Below are positions 60,110 to 64,000 of a DNA stretch of 64,000 nucleotides, in pieces; position 1 is the first letter of the stretch; every line of letters begins with the position of its first letter. A program made the position numbers and the translations under genes. Source of the DNA: Vulcanimicrobiota bacterium (lineage in GTDB: Bacteria > Vulcanimicrobiota > Vulcanimicrobiia > Vulcanimicrobiales > Vulcanimicrobiaceae); NCBI GenBank assembly GCA_963786105.1, contig CAWAXX010000023.1, forward strand, positions 96,001 through 160,000, given 5' to 3'. A model generated the notes under the pieces. The model was given only the letters and a program-made list of their open reading frames with translations, was not told where the DNA came from and ran no database searches.

Positions 60110-60415
60110 TTACGGCTGGCCGGACCCGGCGCACGCGCGGCAATGCCCCAGCGGCGGCGAGGTTGCCTCTCCCAGTCCGTAGACTCCTTCAAACGATCGC
60201 CGGCTGGGATCGAACCTGGCTTTGAGCCAGCCGCAACGGAGGCCGGATTTCCACAACGCTACGAGCGTCCCGTTGGAGATCGAGCCGCGGACCACGCCGC
60301 GGCGTCCGAAGCGGCCGATTATGCGGTCGTCTCGCTGGATCACATGCATCACCGGCGATCCGAAAAAGGCCTTCGACTCGCCGTCGAGCCGGTAATGTCC
60401 GGTCGCGCCGCTCAT
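60110..60415 (-). CDS. Small beta-rich hypothetical protein
   Basis: Co-oriented upstream of the B12-like gene; G-x-I-x-G-x-L-x-W pattern. Confidence 0.5.
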   Translation of the reverse strand: MSGATGHYRLDGESKAFFGSPVMHVIQRDDRIIGRFGRRGVVRGSISNGTLVALWKSGLRCGWLKARFDPSRRSFEGVYGLGEATSPPLGHCRACAGSGQP

Positions 60416-60558
60416 CCTTCCAACCTGCGGCAGGGCCGCCAATTTTGCCTATCCCATAGCGGCAAATTTTCTCGTCGAGAATATCGATCGCTCGGGCGGC
60501 CTGGTTCGCTTTCGGGATAGGGTTGGTTTTCCTCGCACGATATCATTGGAGTAGGACT

Positions 60559-61108
60559 GTGTTCGCATTAATACTGGCCTTCCTCGGCACGAATGTCGAC
60601 GGCTTTCTTTGCTTGGCGGCCGCATTCGCCGTCGACCACCCCTCGGAATCGCTCCCGTGCGATTCTGGTCGCGGCCTGCGGCTTCGCGGTGCTGCTGTGC
60701 ACCTCGTACGTTGCCTCGCTCATCATCGGCCGGGTTGGGTTCAGCATCGCTTGGTTCGGGCTGCTCCCCGCGGGGATCGGCGTCGGACGTCTTCTCCGGC
60801 TGATATTGCGCGAGCGGATAGGTCGAGAGGATTGGCTTTCGAGCGGCCCCTCGATTTTCTCGATCGTCCTGGCGACCGGTGCGGATAACGTTGCGGTGTA
60901 CGCGCCGTTGTTTGCGCTGCGTTCGCTGGGGAGCGCTTGGGCCGTCGCCGCCGCCTATTTGTTCTGTTGGGTCGCCGGATGCACCGCCGTTGCGTTTGCG
61001 ACCCCATCCTTGCCGCGCATTCACGCGCTCAAACGCTACCTCGAACCGGCGTTTGCGATCCTGTTCATTGCGATCGGGATCGAAATCGCCCTCTTGAGTC
61101 GATCGTAA
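60559..61108 (+). pseudogene. CadD-like (LysE superfamily) metal transporter, +1 frameshift in the C-run at 60639-60642
   Basis: FLGTNVD in one frame and LATGADNVAVYAPLF in another; span is 550 nt = 183 codons + 1. Confidence 0.7.
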
Positions 61109-61161
61109 CCACAACTAGCGAAGCTTCAAAGGCGCCCTAGAGCGCAGAGAGGATCTCTACC

Positions 61162-62691
61162 ATGGCCACGCCCGCGGGGAAACAGCCGAATATTCTGTTT
61201 ATAATGGCCGACGATATCGGGTGGTTTAACCTCGGATCGTATCACCAAGGCATGATGGCGAGCCGAACGCCGAACCTTGACCGATTGGCCGCCGAAGGCA
61301 TCCGTTTTACCGACTACTACGCCGAGGCAAGCTGTACGGCGGGCCGCGCAAACTTCATCACCGGCCAGTTGCCGATCAGAACCGGTTTGACGACCGTCGG
61401 CCAGGCCGGCGCGAAGGTTGGAATGCCGGCCGAAGCTCCAACGATTGCCACCGCCCTTCGGTCGATGGGCTATGCCACCGGGCAGTTCGGTAAAAATCAC
61501 CTCGGCGATCTCAACGAGTATCTTCCGACGGTTCACGGCTTTGATGAGTTCTTCGGTTACCTCTACCACCTTGACGCGATGGAGGACCCGTCGCACCCGA
61601 ATTACCCGCAAGACCTCAAAGACAAGATCGGTCCGCGCAATATGGTGCACAGCTGGGCGACCGATAAGGACGATCCAACCGTCCAGCCGCGCTGGGGGAA
61701 AGTCGGAAAGCAAAAAATCGAAGACGCAGGGACGCTCTACCCCGATCGTATGGAGACGGTCGACGACGAGATCCTCGCCCATGCCTTCAAATTCATCGAT
61801 GGCGCGAAGGCGAGCGGCAAACCGTTTTTCTGCTGGCTCAATCCGACGCGCATGCACGTCGTAACGCACCTTTCGGAAAAATACGAAAAGATGCGCACGG
61901 CAGAAAACGGGTGGTCGATCTCGGAGGCCGGCATGGCTCAACTCGACGATATCGTTGGAGCGGCTCTAAAAAAACTCAAAGACGATGGGCTGGAAGACAA
62001 CACGATCGTGGTATTCACCACCGACAACGGGACCGAAAATTTTACGTGGCCCGATGGCGGTCAAACCCCATTTGCCGGTGGCAAGGGTACGGTCCTCGAG
62101 GGCGGTTTCCGCGCTCCGTGCGTCGCGCGCTGGCCGGGAAGAATTCCAGCCGGTACGGTCGAGAACGGCATCATGTCGGGCCTGGACTGGTTCCCCACGC
62201 TCGTGTCGGCCGCCGGAAATCCGAACGTCGCCGACGAGCTGACGAAAGGCAAACAGCTCGGAGACCGAACGTATACGGTGCATCTCGACGGCTACGACCA
62301 AACCAGTTTCCTCACCGGGAAAGGGCCGTCGAATCGGCACGAGATCTTCTATTTTGCGGAAGGCACTCTCGGCGCGGTCCGCGTCAACGATTATAAATAC
62401 CGCTTCATCGATCAGCCCGGTGGTTGGCTCGGCGGCACCGTCAAAGTCGACTGGCCGATTCTCGTAAACCTGCGATTGGATCCGTTCGAGCGCACGGGCC
62501 TGTCCGGCTCGCTCGCGTTCTACAACTGGTTCGCCTACGAGTTCTGGCGCTTCGTCCTCGTTCAAGAAGTCGTCGCCAAGGCGGCGGAGACGTTCGTGGA
62601 GTTTCCACCGATGCAGAAGGGTGCGTCGTTCAACATGGAAGCGGTAAAAGAGCAAGTGCAAAGAGCGATTGCCTCGCACTCGGGCCAATAG
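61162..62691 (+). CDS. Cytoplasmic Cys-type arylsulfatase
   Basis: PNILFIMADD, SCTAGRA, GKNHLG, DNG and GKG motifs. Confidence 0.93.
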   Translation: MATPAGKQPNILFIMADDIGWFNLGSYHQGMMASRTPNLDRLAAEGIRFTDYYAEASCTAGRANFITGQLPIRTGLTTVGQAGAKVGMPAEAPTIATALRSMGYATGQFGKNHLGDLNEYLPTVHGFDEFFGYLYHLDAMEDPSHPNYPQDLKDKIGPRNMVHSWATDKDDPTVQPRWGKVGKQKIEDAGTLYPDRMETVDDEILAHAFKFIDGAKASGKPFFCWLNPTRMHVVTHLSEKYEKMRTAENGWSISEAGMAQLDDIVGAALKKLKDDGLEDNTIVVFTTDNGTENFTWPDGGQTPFAGGKGTVLEGGFRAPCVARWPGRIPAGTVENGIMSGLDWFPTLVSAAGNPNVADELTKGKQLGDRTYTVHLDGYDQTSFLTGKGPSNRHEIFYFAEGTLGAVRVNDYKYRFIDQPGGWLGGTVKVDWPILVNLRLDPFERTGLSGSLAFYNWFAYEFWRFVLVQEVVAKAAETFVEFPPMQKGASFNMEAVKEQVQRAIASHSGQ

Positions 62692-62729
62692 GGCAAGTTA
62701 CTCCAATCTCGCGGGAGCTGACGTGAACG

Positions 62730-63593
62730 ATGACGCTTCCTAAAATACTGGCGCTGATCATGATCGTTTCGACGATGTTCGGCGCCGGTCTGCAAGTCGA
62801 CCGGCAGCGCCTGCTGGAGACGTTGAGGCAGTATAGCCTGTTGGGCCGCGCGTTGCTGGCAAACTTCGTGCTCGTGCCTCTCTGCGCCGTGCTGCTCGTG
62901 AGATTCTTTCACGTCGAGACCGGCGTCGCCATCGGAATCGTCCTGATGGCGATGGCGCCCGGCGTCCCGTTCCTCGTCAACTCGGCGGGCCGAACCCAGG
63001 GCGGAAGCCTGTCGTTTGCCCTGACGATCGCGTTTTGCTTTGCGGCGCTGTCGGTGATCACGATTCCGATCACTATCCAGCTTGCTTTACCTCCTACCGC
63101 CGCGGCGCAGGTGCCGGTGGTGAAGTTCCTGACGACGCTGGTCGCTTTCCAACTCGTGCCGCTCGTTCTGGGCGCGTTGCTCGCTCCGCGCTTCGCATCG
63201 GCCGTAGCCGACAAGCTCGTAAAACTCCTCCATCTCACGTTCCTGGTAGCAACCCTCGTTCTCGTCGTGCTGATTTTCCCTCGTATCGTCAGTTCGGTTT
63301 CGACCGTCTACGGCTTCGGGCACTTGCTCATCATTGCAGCGGTCGGAGTTTTCTCGGTGCTCGCCGGATGGTTACTCGGAGGTCCGGACCGGCAGTACCG
63401 CCGCACGCTTTCGATCGCGACACTCATGCGGAACATCGGACTGTGCGTGCTCATCGGTACGGAGCCGGCGCTGGCAAATACGAACGTCGTGCCGACGATT
63501 ATCTCGTATTTCCTCATCACGTTCGTCCTCAGTCTTCCGGTGCGCGTCTACTACCGGCGAACGAGGAACGCATCCATGGCCGCTGGGTCTTAG
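62730..63593 (+). CDS. Bile acid:sodium symporter (BASS) family transporter
   Basis: ANFVLVP, APGVP, QLVPL and RNIG motifs. Confidence 0.8.
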   Translation: MTLPKILALIMIVSTMFGAGLQVDRQRLLETLRQYSLLGRALLANFVLVPLCAVLLVRFFHVETGVAIGIVLMAMAPGVPFLVNSAGRTQGGSLSFALTIAFCFAALSVITIPITIQLALPPTAAAQVPVVKFLTTLVAFQLVPLVLGALLAPRFASAVADKLVKLLHLTFLVATLVLVVLIFPRIVSSVSTVYGFGHLLIIAAVGVFSVLAGWLLGGPDRQYRRTLSIATLMRNIGLCVLIGTEPALANTNVVPTIISYFLITFVLSLPVRVYYRRTRNASMAAGS

Positions 63594-63606
63594 GGAGACC
63601 GGTCGT

Positions 63607-64000
63607 ATGACGCCGCTGATTTTCTCACAGTACGGTATCTGGACGTTGGGAACGATGGGGATCATCAGCTTGATCGCCGCCACCACCAACGCGTTTAACG
63701 GCGCGCTCTTGGCGCGCCGTCCCGATCATTACAAGCACTTCACGGTAATCGGCATCGTCATCCTCGCGTATGCCGGCGGCATCGGCGGCGGTATCATACG
63801 CGACGTTCTCGTCAACAAAGTCCCGTCGCCACTCGAAAACCCATGGTACTTGATCGCGTGCCTGACTGCCGCCGCGGTGGCGTTAGTCATCGACTATCGC
63901 TCCGAGCAGCGGTTCAAAGACGGCCTCTTTCAGTTCATGACGGCGTTTTCGCTGCCGTGGTACGCGATCGTCGGCGCACAAGCGGCGCTCGACGCCCACC
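63607..64000 (+). CDS. TRIC/UPF0126 family membrane protein (3'-truncated by window)
   Basis: AFNGAL...GGIGGGIIRDVL. Confidence 0.8.
   Translation, partial: MTPLIFSQYGIWTLGTMGIISLIAATTNAFNGALLARRPDHYKHFTVIGIVILAYAGGIGGGIIRDVLVNKVPSPLENPWYLIACLTAAAVALVIDYRSEQRFKDGLFQFMTAFSLPWYAIVGAQAALDAH

Overview
GC-rich bacterial chromosomal window, probably from a diderm. Gene content and style suggest Candidatus Eremiobacterota/Vulcanimicrobiota, but that is inference only. The core genes are fumC, efp-plsY-der (der carries a +1 frameshift), miaB, mutS-mutL-miaA-hfq-dapF, tRNA-Pro(CGG), uvrC and ssrA (tmRNA). Four accessory blocks lie among them. (1) A D-peptide cluster with two M55 D-aminopeptidases and a VanX/DdpX homologue that has lost catalytic residues. 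(2) A nickel-linked operon: RcnA-like exporter, two DUF4331-like secreted proteins, TPR protein and NiCoT importer. (3) A roughly 14 kb potassium locus with canonical kdpFABC, a second divergent kdpA altered in all four selectivity-filter motifs and co-transcribed with a beta-barrel gene, a kinase-less tandem KdpD-N protein, a KdpD-C-like histidine kinase paired with a NarL-type regulator, and two TrkA genes. (4) A post-ssrA region with a Gly-rich secreted protein, GH63-like glucosidase, a degenerate B12-binding protein/AraC/TMEM175 operon, frameshifted CadD-like gene, sulfatase, BASS and TRIC genes. Two families of intergenic palindromic repeats share an internal-loop motif. No CRISPR array, integrase or transposase was seen. 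All calls come from motif recognition by eye; no searches were run.
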